The position numbers were made by a program, and so were the translations under genes. Source: Candidatus Omnitrophota bacterium (GTDB taxonomy: Bacteria; Omnitrophota; Gorgyraeia; Gygaellales; Profunditerraquicolaceae). From it: 45,462 bases of DNA. Shown one piece after another: positions 19,606 through 29,166 of the stretch. The stretch is taken from NCBI GenBank assembly GCA_016214325.1, contig JACROS010000030.1, forward strand, positions 1 through 45,462. The letters are read 5' to 3'. The notes below the pieces were generated by a model. The model was not told where the DNA came from, did no database searches, and worked only from the letters and a program-made list of their open reading frames with translations. Positions within the stretch are counted from its first letter, which is position 1. Each line of letters begins with the position of its first letter.

Positions 19606-20343
19606 ATGGAACAGTTTTATTTACTTACTAAAGATAATTTAAAGAAACTTGTGGGTTGTAACGATGCTTCTTTATGGAAGGATTTTATTAATGAGCTTTT
19701 TCAGGGGATTGCCTCTTTTTTTAATGAAGAGAGGTATTTTTTATTTACTTATAAGCTTCAGGACTATGAAGCAGACTATCCTTTTTATCATCTTATCAAT
19801 ATTTCTTTCTTGGGTTCACGTATAGCTAAAGAAATGAATTTCAGCGAGACTCGCCTTAGAAATTTGGTTGTAATGAGCCTGTTCCATGATAAGAAAATCT
19901 TTGATGTCCCTGCTGAATTATCAGCAACTTTATTTGAATTTGATAAAGAGGCGGATGATGTGATAAAGGTAGTTGATGTTTTTGATTCTATTATTAATCC
20001 TCCTCCGTATCGTAAGTTCGCTGTTCCATGGATGGCCTCTGAAGCATTAAAAGATATTGTTGAGGCCCGCGGAGATATTCTTTCGCCGAGAGTAGTTGAA
20101 ACATTTTTCAGGGTAGTAACTGTTTATCCTGTTGGAACCTGGGTTTTATTGACCAATAACCTTATTGGACAGGTAAAAAGAGTAAACCGTAGTTTCATTT
20201 TAAGGCCGCAAATAGAAATTATTGGCCATATGGAAGGGTATAGGGTTCAGCCTTATATAGTTGATCTTTCCAAAGAACAGCTATTAAATATCAAAGAAAT
20301 ACTTTCCGATAAAGAAGTTGAAGAAAAACTTCGCTCGCGATAA
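19606..20343 (+). CDS. Degenerate HD-GYP-like domain protein
   Basis: SLFHDKK (HD dyad), VVDVFDSI..PPPYRK and YPVGTWVLLTNNLIGQV match the N- and C-terminal parts of HD-GYP domains. The central H..HHE..DGSGYP segment is absent. Confidence 0.55.
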   Translation: MEQFYLLTKDNLKKLVGCNDASLWKDFINELFQGIASFFNEERYFLFTYKLQDYEADYPFYHLINISFLGSRIAKEMNFSETRLRNLVVMSLFHDKKIFDVPAELSATLFEFDKEADDVIKVVDVFDSIINPPPYRKFAVPWMASEALKDIVEARGDILSPRVVETFFRVVTVYPVGTWVLLTNNLIGQVKRVNRSFILRPQIEIIGHMEGYRVQPYIVDLSKEQLLNIKEILSDKEVEEKLRSR

Positions 20344-21958
20344 TAAAGGAATTTTCTTAGTAATCTCTTTATATTTATTGTTAGTTTTGCGGCATTTTTT
20401 TGTTCCTATCAGCCCAGATGAAATATCCACCTTTATATCAAGCCTAAGAATATCTAGTAATTTAAAGCCATATTTTTTTCATTCCCCTCTGATATATTAT
20501 TTACTGTATGTGTTTCAGAAAATAATCCCGCTTGATCCTGTTTTGGCTTCAAGAATAATGATAGTATTCCTGCAGTTTGTTTTGATGTTTGTTGTTTATC
20601 GGATCATGAAGCTAACCGGGATATCAAAGATGTTTTTCTATTTTTTACTTTTATTTATGATTTCCCCTTTTGGCGTTACTGGTGCGTTGGCAATAGATAT
20701 AGATAATAGTTTCTTATGTGTCATGTTGTTAGCCTTTAGTTATTATTTAATTAAAGTAATTGAACAAAAAGAAAAGTCTGTTCTTGATTACATTTCTTGT
20801 ATTGTCTTTTTTGCGCTTTCTTTGTGGACAAAATTAACTACTCCGATTTTTTTCTTGGTTGTATTTCTTTTGGTTGTTATTTGTAACAAAGCCCTTCGTA
20901 ATAAGATCTTAGTTTTCATTAGTATTTTTATATTCGGCGGGGGGTTATTTATTCTTACCTTTTATTTTTCTAGTAAAACTTATGATTGGAATTTTCTTGA
21001 GCCATTTATAAATATTCTTGGAAGATTTGGTAATTCTTTTACATCTCCTTTAAGTAGCCCCTTGGTTAATTTAACAAAAAATGTTTTGTTTCTTGGGGTT
21101 TGGGCCTCGCCGTTTGCATTGTTGTTACTTGTTTTTGTAGTTAGAAAATCATTGAAGAGTAGTTTTCCATCTTGTATGTATGTTTTTACTAGCTTTATTT
21201 ATTGTGCAGTTTTTTATCTTTGTTTTACTTTTGTGGCTTTTGGTTATCCAAAATATTCTTTTACCAGCATAATTTTTTTAATTATATTTTTACTTTATCT
21301 TTTGCAGGAAGAGCCTGTTAAAAAATATTTCATTTGGATTGTATGCTTGGCTTTGATTTTTATGCCTTTTGGAGATACAATTCTAGATTTACGCTTTGGA
21401 TTAAGAGAGTGTTTAGCTAGTCAGAATCATTGTAATTTGTTGTTATTTGCTATAAAGCCGTTGTTATATTTAATTATTTTCTCGCTGCTTTATCTTTTGC
21501 TGAAATTTAAAACGAAAGCTCAAAAAGCATTCTTGTTGTCTATTTTTATTTCTATGATTTCTTATAATGTTAGTTTGAGCATTAATCAGATGTTTGCCAG
21601 ATATGCAATTAATTATTCTTATGGAGAAGAGGGGTTATATAAGGTAGTTAAATACATAAAACCGAGAATTAATATTAATGAAAGCGTGATTGCTCCGTTA
21701 CATTTGGTATATTATCTTGGCAAAATGGATTTGAATAATTTTAACATTATCTATAATGCTGATTGGGAAGATAAAGATAATTTTTCTAGGATGATTAATA
21801 ATCGTGCCAATAAGTTTATTGTTTTAAGTTTGGCCTCAAATTCTATAAAAACCTATGATTTATTGAAGCTTTCTGAAATAAAAGATTATTTAGCAGAGAA
21901 TTTTATTTACCGCAGAATCGGGTCATTTGATGTTTGGCAGAGAAGAGAGCTTAATTAA
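20318..21958 (+). CDS. GT-C fold membrane glycosyltransferase-like protein (ArnT/PMT-like)
   Basis: 546 aa with >12 hydrophobic segments, early loop PISPDE, and a soluble C-terminal domain. The only available start is TTG 20318; there is no in-frame ATG for >60 codons. Confidence 0.5.
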   Translation: MKKNFARDNKGIFLVISLYLLLVLRHFFVPISPDEISTFISSLRISSNLKPYFFHSPLIYYLLYVFQKIIPLDPVLASRIMIVFLQFVLMFVVYRIMKLTGISKMFFYFLLLFMISPFGVTGALAIDIDNSFLCVMLLAFSYYLIKVIEQKEKSVLDYISCIVFFALSLWTKLTTPIFFLVVFLLVVICNKALRNKILVFISIFIFGGGLFILTFYFSSKTYDWNFLEPFINILGRFGNSFTSPLSSPLVNLTKNVLFLGVWASPFALLLLVFVVRKSLKSSFPSCMYVFTSFIYCAVFYLCFTFVAFGYPKYSFTSIIFLIIFLLYLLQEEPVKKYFIWIVCLALIFMPFGDTILDLRFGLRECLASQNHCNLLLFAIKPLLYLIIFSLLYLLLKFKTKAQKAFLLSIFISMISYNVSLSINQMFARYAINYSYGEEGLYKVVKYIKPRININESVIAPLHLVYYLGKMDLNNFNIIYNADWEDKDNFSRMINNRANKFIVLSLASNSIKTYDLLKLSEIKDYLAENFIYRRIGSFDVWQRRELN

Positions 21959-21967
21959 AGAAAATTA

Positions 21968-21995
21968 TTGTATAGCATATTTTTTCCTATATAAT
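21968..21995 (+). promoter_or_regulatory. Candidate sigma70-type promoter (TTGTAT-16 nt-TATAAT) for the small membrane protein gene
   Basis: TTGTAT at 21968-21973 and TATAAT at 21990-21995, followed by AAAGGAGG RBS at ~22005-22012 and ATG 22019. Confidence 0.35.
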
Positions 21996-22018
21996 GAAGA
22001 AAAGAAAGGAGGAGCAGT

Positions 22019-22207
22019 ATGAAGTCTCTTGCTTTGTTGTTAGGTGGTGTGGGTGGGTTAGTTTTTATTTATGCTATTGTAGGCAGGTTCATTCATGGGC
22101 CTTCGGTTTTTGGGTATTTGTTTCCTCTTGAGGCTAAAACAGCAGTGATGGGGGCAAACACTCTCATATTGTTGGCAATTTTTGTGGCTATTCTGGAAAA
22201 AAAATAA
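22019..22207 (+). CDS. Small two-TM membrane protein, function unknown
   Basis: 62-aa ORF with a strong RBS (AAAGGAGG) and two hydrophobic helices, followed by an intrinsic terminator. Confidence 0.5.
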   Translation: MKSLALLLGGVGGLVFIYAIVGRFIHGPSVFGYLFPLEAKTAVMGANTLILLAIFVAILEKK

Positions 22208-22249
22208 AAACCAGACGATGGAGTTTTTCTATCTAAGGTTAATATGGAG

Positions 22250-22299
22250 GCCCGGTCTTGTTGTCGCTAATTTAAGCAGACAAAAGGCCGGGCTTTTTT
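22250..22299 (+). terminator. Rho-independent terminator
   Basis: GCCCGGTCTTGTTGTC (22250-22265) pairs with GACAAAAGGCCGGGC (22279-22293), giving ~15 bp with one bulge and one G-U. It is followed by TTTTTT at 22294-22299. Confidence 0.75.
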
Positions 22300-22300
22300 A

Positions 22301-23812
22301 ATGAAGAATTTCTTATTGGTTCTATGTTTTATTTTCTTGTTTATTAGTTCTGTCGAAGCTCAAATAAGAGTTGTAGAAAATGATGCGTTGGCTTTTAGTT
22401 TAAGCCCGTATTTAAGAACAGATGCGGTAACTCTTAAAAATGTAGTCAGCCTGGACAGCAAAAACAAAGATGACAGCACTACTTATTTGGGCATTGATTA
22501 CAGCCTAGGATTAGATTTAAAGCTTAAACAGCTTGATTCAGAAGCGTTTATTAAGTTTGAAAGAAATGGGCCTTATGATTATGATGCTCCAGTGGCAATT
22601 CATAATACTTTGGTAACTAGCGCTGGACATATGGATCCTTATAGAGGAAGAGAATTGTTACCGCAGGTTGAGGAATTTTGGTATGATTTTCCGATTTTAA
22701 AATCAAAGCTTAGATTAAAGTCTGGTCTTTTTACTTATGCCGTAGGAAATGGCGTAGCGCTTAACGGCAGTTATGAAAATTACGCTTTAAGTCTTTATCA
22801 TGAAACTGATAATTTTAAATGGCATTTTTATTATTGTCGCCCAGACTTGGCGAATAAGGATCTTGGCCCGCATATCAAACAATTAAAGCCGCAAGGCATT
22901 GATTATGATCACAGCAAAGCTAATTTTTATGCCATGGACCTTGATTTTACTCTTGGTAAGAATTCTTTTCAGCCATACGTTGGGGTTTTGTATGATGCTA
23001 CTGGTGACAAGCGTGCAAATAATTTTACTACTTCTACACATAAAGATATGTTAGGGACCTTTGGCCTTTCTTATTCAAGAGAAATAGAGAAATTATTAAT
23101 AAACTTGGAAGCTGCACGTAATTTTGGTAAAGCAAAATCAAGTGATGAGGCCTTTAAAGATGTGGAGCATTGTGGTTATCTTTTTTATTCGCAATTAAGT
23201 TATTTATTGGATAAGTTTGTTCCGCGGACGCGTTTTGTTTATGGCTCGGGAAATAAAATAACCACGGAAATGGTGGATAATGGAGATACGGCATTGACTA
23301 GCGGAAAAAACCGGGCATTCTCTGTTTGTTCTCCTTTAAATGTTAATCTTAATGATTCAATCTATCCGGACAATCCTTTTGTTCCTGTTTTAGCCATGGG
23401 TAATGGAAATGGTTTAAATTATGGAGTCAGCCGGCCAACAACTTTTAATGATCCAGTTTTGCTGGATAATATAATGTTGTTTAGCCTTGGCTTTGATTAT
23501 AACTTTACTAAGAAGTTTTGCATGAGTTTAGACTGGTGGTATTTGCGCAGTCCCCAACGCGGCGTAGGTATGTTAGCTGGTGCAGCAAAACAATTATCAC
23601 GAGATCTGGGCAATGAAATAGATACTACCTTTAGCTATTTCTTTAATGATCATGTATCAGTGTCATTGTTGTCTGCTGTATTTTTCCCGGGGAAATATTA
23701 TGAAGAAGAAAGGGATGATACAGATGGTAGTTTATTCAGCCCGTTTGTGCGCGGCGACGGAGAAGCGAATAATGCCTATCAAATTGAGGCAAGCCTGACT
23801 TTAAGTTTCTAG
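22301..23812 (+). CDS. Outer-membrane beta-barrel protein (porin / alginate-export-like)
   Basis: Signal peptide MKNFLLVLCFIFLFISSVEA-Q, alternating hydrophobic/polar beta-strand pattern rich in Y/G/N/D, and a C-terminal LTLSF aromatic terminus typical of BAM substrates. Confidence 0.6.
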   Translation: MKNFLLVLCFIFLFISSVEAQIRVVENDALAFSLSPYLRTDAVTLKNVVSLDSKNKDDSTTYLGIDYSLGLDLKLKQLDSEAFIKFERNGPYDYDAPVAIHNTLVTSAGHMDPYRGRELLPQVEEFWYDFPILKSKLRLKSGLFTYAVGNGVALNGSYENYALSLYHETDNFKWHFYYCRPDLANKDLGPHIKQLKPQGIDYDHSKANFYAMDLDFTLGKNSFQPYVGVLYDATGDKRANNFTTSTHKDMLGTFGLSYSREIEKLLINLEAARNFGKAKSSDEAFKDVEHCGYLFYSQLSYLLDKFVPRTRFVYGSGNKITTEMVDNGDTALTSGKNRAFSVCSPLNVNLNDSIYPDNPFVPVLAMGNGNGLNYGVSRPTTFNDPVLLDNIMLFSLGFDYNFTKKFCMSLDWWYLRSPQRGVGMLAGAAKQLSRDLGNEIDTTFSYFFNDHVSVSLLSAVFFPGKYYEEERDDTDGSLFSPFVRGDGEANNAYQIEASLTLSF

Positions 23813-23823
23813 GAAAGGAACTA

Positions 23824-25332
23824 ATGAGGATACAAATAAAATTACTGATTATAGTTTCTTTGCTTATTTTCTTGTTTAGTATTGTGCTGGGTATACTTTT
23901 TACGCTTGAGAGGTATCAGATAAATGTGCTTTTTAAGCAAGAATTTACGCATGCTCAATCTTCGTTTGACAAGATAAAAGTTTTGAAAAGTAAAGGAATA
24001 GAAACATTTGCAGAAGGTTGGACCTATTGGGATGAATTTGTTGTTTTCTTGCAAATTAAGGATCAGAATTGGGCGATTCAGAATATAGATGCCAGTTTAA
24101 AAACTTTTGATACGGATGTAGCATGGGTTTATGATTTGGGCCCAAGCCTTGTTTATGCAACAGTAATCTCTGAAGATTTAAATGCTCTCAAGAATTTGGT
24201 TTTACCCGAGGGTGTGTTTCCCAAGCTTTTTGATAGCCGTTTTATGCATTTTTATATCAATACTCCTCTTGGTTTATTAGAGGTGCGTGGGGCTACGATA
24301 CACCTATCTGCTGACAGCGCCAGAAAAGGCCAGCCGAGAGGCTACTTTTTTTGCGGCCGTATTGTAGATAAGCCATATCTTGATGATCTCGGCGATTTTA
24401 TGGAAGGGCAAGTTACGATTTCGCAGTCTCCTTATAAAGATAAATTTAGTTTAAAAGATAAAACAATTACTTTGTCTTTGCCCCTTAAGGGTTTTGATAA
24501 TGAGGCTTTGGCATATATGAATGTGCGGGTTGAGGCAAAGGCAATTGAAAATTATGCGCGGGCAATGAGGCAATTTGTTGTTATTTATGCAGCCTTTATT
24601 TTATTTACTTTTGTTATTCTTGTGGTTTATTTTTATCTTGCGGTAACATTGCCGTTAAGGTTGATATCTCAGACATTGAGAGAAGATAACCCTGAATTCG
24701 TTACATCTTTACAAGTTAGGAAGGATGAGTTTTCAGCTATAGCTAAGCTTATCCAGTTTTCTTTTAAGCAAAAGAAAGAGTTGGCAGAAGAAATGGTGGT
24801 GCGGGAAAAGATTATGCATGACCTTAAAGAGGCAGAAAAACAGCTTAGGTTTTCTGTTGATGAGTGGGGCAAGACATTTGATTCTATCAGTGATGCGGTG
24901 TTTATCCAGGATAAAGATTTTACAATAATAAAAGCGAACAAAGCTACTGCTCAGATGCTTAAGCTTGATTTAAAGGATATCATTGGAAAGAAATGCTATG
25001 AACTACTTCATAAGTCTGACCATCCATGGGAGGATTGCCCGATGGAGAAGACGCGTAAAGACCTTAAGGCGCACGTTAATGAAATAAATGACCTAAGAAT
25101 AGGCATACCTCTGTTAGTAACTACTTCTCCGATTTTTGATCAAAAAGGCAATTTTGTAGGAGCTGTGCATGCTGCTAAAGATATTTCTGAAATGAAGAGC
25201 ATTCAAGAAAAGCTCGAGAAGAAGGTTAAGGATTTGGAAATATTCCAAAAGGTGGCAGTAGACAGGGAGTTAAAGATGGTTGAATTAAAGAAGAAAATAT
25301 CGCAATTAGAGGAGCGTTTAAAGGAGCATTAA
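23824..25332 (+). CDS. Membrane sensor protein: CHASE4-like periplasmic domain - TM - PAS - coiled coil, with no recognisable output domain
   Basis: N-terminal TM. WTYWDEFVVFL resembles the CHASE4 W-D-D-T-Y-x-F-V motif. Second TM is VVIYAAFILFTFVILVVYFYL, the PAS-like region is FDSISDAVFIQDKDFTIIKANKA, and the C-terminus is a heptad-rich tail. Confidence 0.6.
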   Translation: MRIQIKLLIIVSLLIFLFSIVLGILFTLERYQINVLFKQEFTHAQSSFDKIKVLKSKGIETFAEGWTYWDEFVVFLQIKDQNWAIQNIDASLKTFDTDVAWVYDLGPSLVYATVISEDLNALKNLVLPEGVFPKLFDSRFMHFYINTPLGLLEVRGATIHLSADSARKGQPRGYFFCGRIVDKPYLDDLGDFMEGQVTISQSPYKDKFSLKDKTITLSLPLKGFDNEALAYMNVRVEAKAIENYARAMRQFVVIYAAFILFTFVILVVYFYLAVTLPLRLISQTLREDNPEFVTSLQVRKDEFSAIAKLIQFSFKQKKELAEEMVVREKIMHDLKEAEKQLRFSVDEWGKTFDSISDAVFIQDKDFTIIKANKATAQMLKLDLKDIIGKKCYELLHKSDHPWEDCPMEKTRKDLKAHVNEINDLRIGIPLLVTTSPIFDQKGNFVGAVHAAKDISEMKSIQEKLEKKVKDLEIFQKVAVDRELKMVELKKKISQLEERLKEH

Positions 25333-26426
25333 TGAAGAAAATACTTGTTTGTATTTGTATTCTGGGCGGGTTTTTGGGGCTAAATTTAATTTTGCCGTTT
25401 TCTGGCCTTGCTCAAAATAAAAAGCAGGAAATTGTGCTTAAGGTTTATAATTGGGAAGATTATTTTGACAAAGATGCAATTAAGGGATTTGAAGAGAGCA
25501 GCGGCATTAGGGTTGATTTAGAAACATTTGATAATGAAGAACAGATGTTTTCTGAGATCCAGTCTCATTTAGAAAATTATGATGTGATTATTGTTTCTAG
25601 CGATATTCTTTCTCAGATGATTGAGATGAGGTTATTGTCTGAACTTAATCTAGTTGAAATTCCCAATCTAAGGAATATTGATAGGCGCTTTATGGGCTTT
25701 CAATATGATCCTGGGAACAAATATTCGGTTCCTTATATGTGGGGCATAACCGGATTAGTGGTAAATCGTGAGTTCATAAAAGAGAATATTGATAGTTGGC
25801 AGTCTCTTTGGGATGTTAAGTATAAAGGTAAGGTTGCTTTGTTAAGTGATAGCGATGAAATAATGAATGCCGGGTTATTGGCGCAGGGGTTTTCTTTAAA
25901 TTCCACTGATGCGAAACAGCTGGAGTTAGCCTCGAATAAACTTTTATCTCAGGGAAAGTTAATTTCCGGGTATTTTGATATCAAGACGCTGGTTAAGAAA
26001 GCCAGTGATGGTGAAATTTGGCTTGCTCAGGCTTATAATGGAGATGTAATGTTTGCTGCTCAGGAGAATAAAGCTTTGGAATTTGTTGTTCCTAAGGAAG
26101 GGTCTGTTTTATGGGTGGATAATTTTGTTATTTCGCGTGATACAAAGAATAAAAAACAGGCAATGATGTTTATTAATTATATGCTTGATGCCAAGGTAAG
26201 TGCCATGAATGCCAATTATCTTTGGTATGCAAATTGCAATATTGCAGCAGCTCCATTTACGTCTAAGGAAATAATTAATAGCCTTGTTCTTTATCCGCCG
26301 CAGGAAATATTTGAAAGATGTAAGCTATTTTCTCCTGAGGGGGGAGAAAAAGAAAAGACGCAGAGAATTAAGCTAATAAACAAGTTGTGGTCAAGATTGC
26401 AGTTGAGAATAGGTTCAGAAAAGTAA
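25332..26426 (+). CDS. Periplasmic PotD/PotF-family (polyamine-type) solute-binding protein, orphan
   Basis: Signal peptide, then LKVYNWEDYFD, VPYMWGITGL and VPKEGSVLWVDN motifs characteristic of spermidine/putrescine-binding proteins. No ABC permease or ATPase gene is adjacent. Confidence 0.75.
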   Translation: MKKILVCICILGGFLGLNLILPFSGLAQNKKQEIVLKVYNWEDYFDKDAIKGFEESSGIRVDLETFDNEEQMFSEIQSHLENYDVIIVSSDILSQMIEMRLLSELNLVEIPNLRNIDRRFMGFQYDPGNKYSVPYMWGITGLVVNREFIKENIDSWQSLWDVKYKGKVALLSDSDEIMNAGLLAQGFSLNSTDAKQLELASNKLLSQGKLISGYFDIKTLVKKASDGEIWLAQAYNGDVMFAAQENKALEFVVPKEGSVLWVDNFVISRDTKNKKQAMMFINYMLDAKVSAMNANYLWYANCNIAAAPFTSKEIINSLVLYPPQEIFERCKLFSPEGGEKEKTQRIKLINKLWSRLQLRIGSEK

Positions 26427-26435
26427 TTAATTAAT

Positions 26436-29153
26436 ATGAGAATTATAAAATCATTGGGTTTTAAAATTACGGTTTATTTTGTCCTTATTGGTGCGATTCC
26501 TTTTGTTCTCTTGGCCGGGCTCATTTATTTTAAGATTCGCGTTGATATCAGGTCTTTGCTTGAGAGCCACATGGATGCTTTAGTTTTACAGGTAGGTAAT
26601 ACTGTGGATCGTACTATTTCTAATGCTTATTCATATATTGAAACTTTGGCAGGTAATTCTGTTATTAAATCAAGACATAAATCATCTGAAGAAAAGCTGG
26701 CAGAAATCCAGAAGGTGCAGGATTTCCATAAGTTGTTTGAGGATGTTACTTTACTTAATAAAGATGGGGTGGTTTTAGCTTCTACTGCGTATAATTATCG
26801 AGGAGAGTGGAGGTTTAAAGAGTCCTTTCAGGCGGCTAAATCAGGTAAAACTTTTATTTCTAATGTTTATGCGGTGGCTGCGCCATTTCGAATAGTATTT
26901 ACTATTACGAGTCCAATATTAGACGAAAATGGTTTGGTTGAAGGAGTGATTGCTGGGCAGGTTAACATTGATGTTATACGGAGCCTGGTTGATAGTGTGC
27001 AGATTGGTAAAACCGGCCGTGTTTTAATTATTGATAAAGCAGGAAATTATTTAGTTTATAGGATGGCTGATTTATTGCTTCAGAAAATGTATCCACCTGA
27101 GGGTAGGAAGGCATTGCTTGGTGCACAAAAAGGCCTGGTTGAGTATGTAAATCGTGAAGGGGTAGAAAGGGTTTGTGTTTTTCGTTCTCTTGGAGGACAT
27201 GGCGAATATAAGGGGCTGGGTTGGAAGATTGCTTTGGTTCAGGATAAGAAAGAAGCCTTTGCTGTTCTTGTTAAAATTAGTGAATATTTGTTTTTTGCTT
27301 TGTTTTTTGGTTTAGGCGTAATTGCAGTGTTGTTGATAACCTTTATTTATAGTTTGCTGGTTCCAGTTCGCGCTTTACTTAGAGAAACCGAGCTTGTTTC
27401 CCGGGGAGATTTGCGAGAACGTAAGCTTGAGATTTCAGATGATGAAATCGGAGATTTAACTGCTTCGTTTCAGAAGATGACTGTTTCGTTAAGAGGATCA
27501 AGGGAAAAGATATTGCAGACCAGCAAGTATCTGCAGTCGGTAATCTCTAATATGGCAGATTCTTTGATAGTGCTTGATCGTAAGGGTGCTGTGAATATGG
27601 CCAATCCTGCTTTTTTAAGACTCTTATCCTATAGCGAAGAAGAGGTTATTGGAAAACATCTTGCTGATTTTATTGTGGAGAAAGAAGCAGTATTGTCTGT
27701 AGATTTGTTTAAGCGGTTGCTTAAAGAGCGCAGTATTTATAATTTAGACTTTAATCTTTTGGATAAGAATAATGAACGTATTCCTTCCAGCCTTAATCTT
27801 TCTGTTTTGCGGGATACTGTTGGGAAAATTGTTTGTGTTATTGTGATAGCCAGAGATATGCGCCAGATTAATGAACTTTTTGCCAATGAAAAAGAAGCAA
27901 GGCTTAAGCTGCAGGATTTTTCTGATAACCTGGAAAAGAAGGTTAACGAAAGGACGCAGGAATTATTTACTGCTCAGGAGGCTACTCTAAATATTTTGGA
28001 TGATTTAGAGAAAGCGCGTGGTGAGCTGGAGCAGTCTAATGCTGAGTTAAGAAAGCTGGATAAACTAAAATCTGACTTTGTTTCTACTGTTTCACATGAA
28101 TTGCGTACTCCATTATCTATTAGTAAAGAAGGTGTTTCGCTTATTATAGATGGGGTTTTAGGGCAGATAAACGAAGAACAGATGCGTGTGCTTTCCATTG
28201 CCCGTGATAATATTGACCGTTTGGCACGTATTATTGATGGGCTCTTGGATATTTCTAAGATTGAAGCAGGAAAGATTGAATTAAAGAAGAGGCTGGTGAA
28301 TATCGTAAGTATAGCAAGGCAAGTCCTTAATTCCTTTGAGCTGATTACAAAAGAAAAGGGTATTGAGTTGAAGCTAGATTCATCTGAACCCGAAGCATCT
28401 GTGTATGTTGATCCTGATAGGATGATTCAGATATTGACAAATTTAGTCGGGAATGCCTCAAAATTTACTGAAAAAGGTTATATTGAAATTGCAATACGTC
28501 AAAAGGAAGAGATTGTAGAGTGTTGTATTTCTGATACGGGAATTGGCATTGCTGAAGAAAATATTCCTAAGGTGTTTGGTAAATTTGAACAATTTGGCAG
28601 GGTTTCTGGGCCAGGTGCCAAGGGCACAGGCTTGGGCCTTGCAATTACCAAGGCTTTTGTTGAGATGCATAAGGGAAGGATTTGGGTGGAGAGTAAATTT
28701 GGCGAAGGGACAAAATTTATATTTACTTTACCGCATAAGCCAATAAAAGCTATGTTTAGGGATTTTGTTTCTGACAATGTTAAAGATGCGATTAAAAGGC
28801 ATGGAAAAGTTACTTTGGTTACAGTTTCTATTGTTAACTTTGATAAGATTAAGCAAGAATTTGCTCCTGATCAGCTAAAGGGCATACTTTCTGGCATGGA
28901 GGAGGTCTTGCGCATAAAAGTTCATTCAACAAAGGATTTTGTTTTAAAAGATACTGGTGAGCTGGCTGTGATTTTAACAGAATGCGAAAAGCAGGATGCT
29001 ATAAAAGTTAAAGAAAGGCTTAGCCAGTCTTTGGATGAATTCCTGATTTCGCAAAATGTTCAAGAGAAAATTGTTTTAAAACTTGGTTGTGCTACTTATC
29101 CAGATGAGGCGGATAACGAAGATGTTTTAATTCAGAAAGCTGAAGCTTATTAG
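26436..29153 (+). CDS. Sensor histidine kinase: dCache-like - TM - HAMP - PAS - HisKA - HATPase_c - degenerate GGDEF-like C-terminal domain
   Basis: H-box SHELRTPL, N-box NLVGNASKFT, G-boxes DTGIGI and GTGLGLAI. The C-terminal 150 aa (VSIVNFDKIKQEF...DTGELAVIL...LGCATYPDEADNEDVLIQKAEAY) align to a GGDEF fold with DTGEL in place of GGDEF. Confidence 0.85.
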   Translation: MRIIKSLGFKITVYFVLIGAIPFVLLAGLIYFKIRVDIRSLLESHMDALVLQVGNTVDRTISNAYSYIETLAGNSVIKSRHKSSEEKLAEIQKVQDFHKLFEDVTLLNKDGVVLASTAYNYRGEWRFKESFQAAKSGKTFISNVYAVAAPFRIVFTITSPILDENGLVEGVIAGQVNIDVIRSLVDSVQIGKTGRVLIIDKAGNYLVYRMADLLLQKMYPPEGRKALLGAQKGLVEYVNREGVERVCVFRSLGGHGEYKGLGWKIALVQDKKEAFAVLVKISEYLFFALFFGLGVIAVLLITFIYSLLVPVRALLRETELVSRGDLRERKLEISDDEIGDLTASFQKMTVSLRGSREKILQTSKYLQSVISNMADSLIVLDRKGAVNMANPAFLRLLSYSEEEVIGKHLADFIVEKEAVLSVDLFKRLLKERSIYNLDFNLLDKNNERIPSSLNLSVLRDTVGKIVCVIVIARDMRQINELFANEKEARLKLQDFSDNLEKKVNERTQELFTAQEATLNILDDLEKARGELEQSNAELRKLDKLKSDFVSTVSHELRTPLSISKEGVSLIIDGVLGQINEEQMRVLSIARDNIDRLARIIDGLLDISKIEAGKIELKKRLVNIVSIARQVLNSFELITKEKGIELKLDSSEPEASVYVDPDRMIQILTNLVGNASKFTEKGYIEIAIRQKEEIVECCISDTGIGIAEENIPKVFGKFEQFGRVSGPGAKGTGLGLAITKAFVEMHKGRIWVESKFGEGTKFIFTLPHKPIKAMFRDFVSDNVKDAIKRHGKVTLVTVSIVNFDKIKQEFAPDQLKGILSGMEEVLRIKVHSTKDFVLKDTGELAVILTECEKQDAIKVKERLSQSLDEFLISQNVQEKIVLKLGCATYPDEADNEDVLIQKAEAY

Positions 29154-29166
29154 AAGGAGGCTGGTT

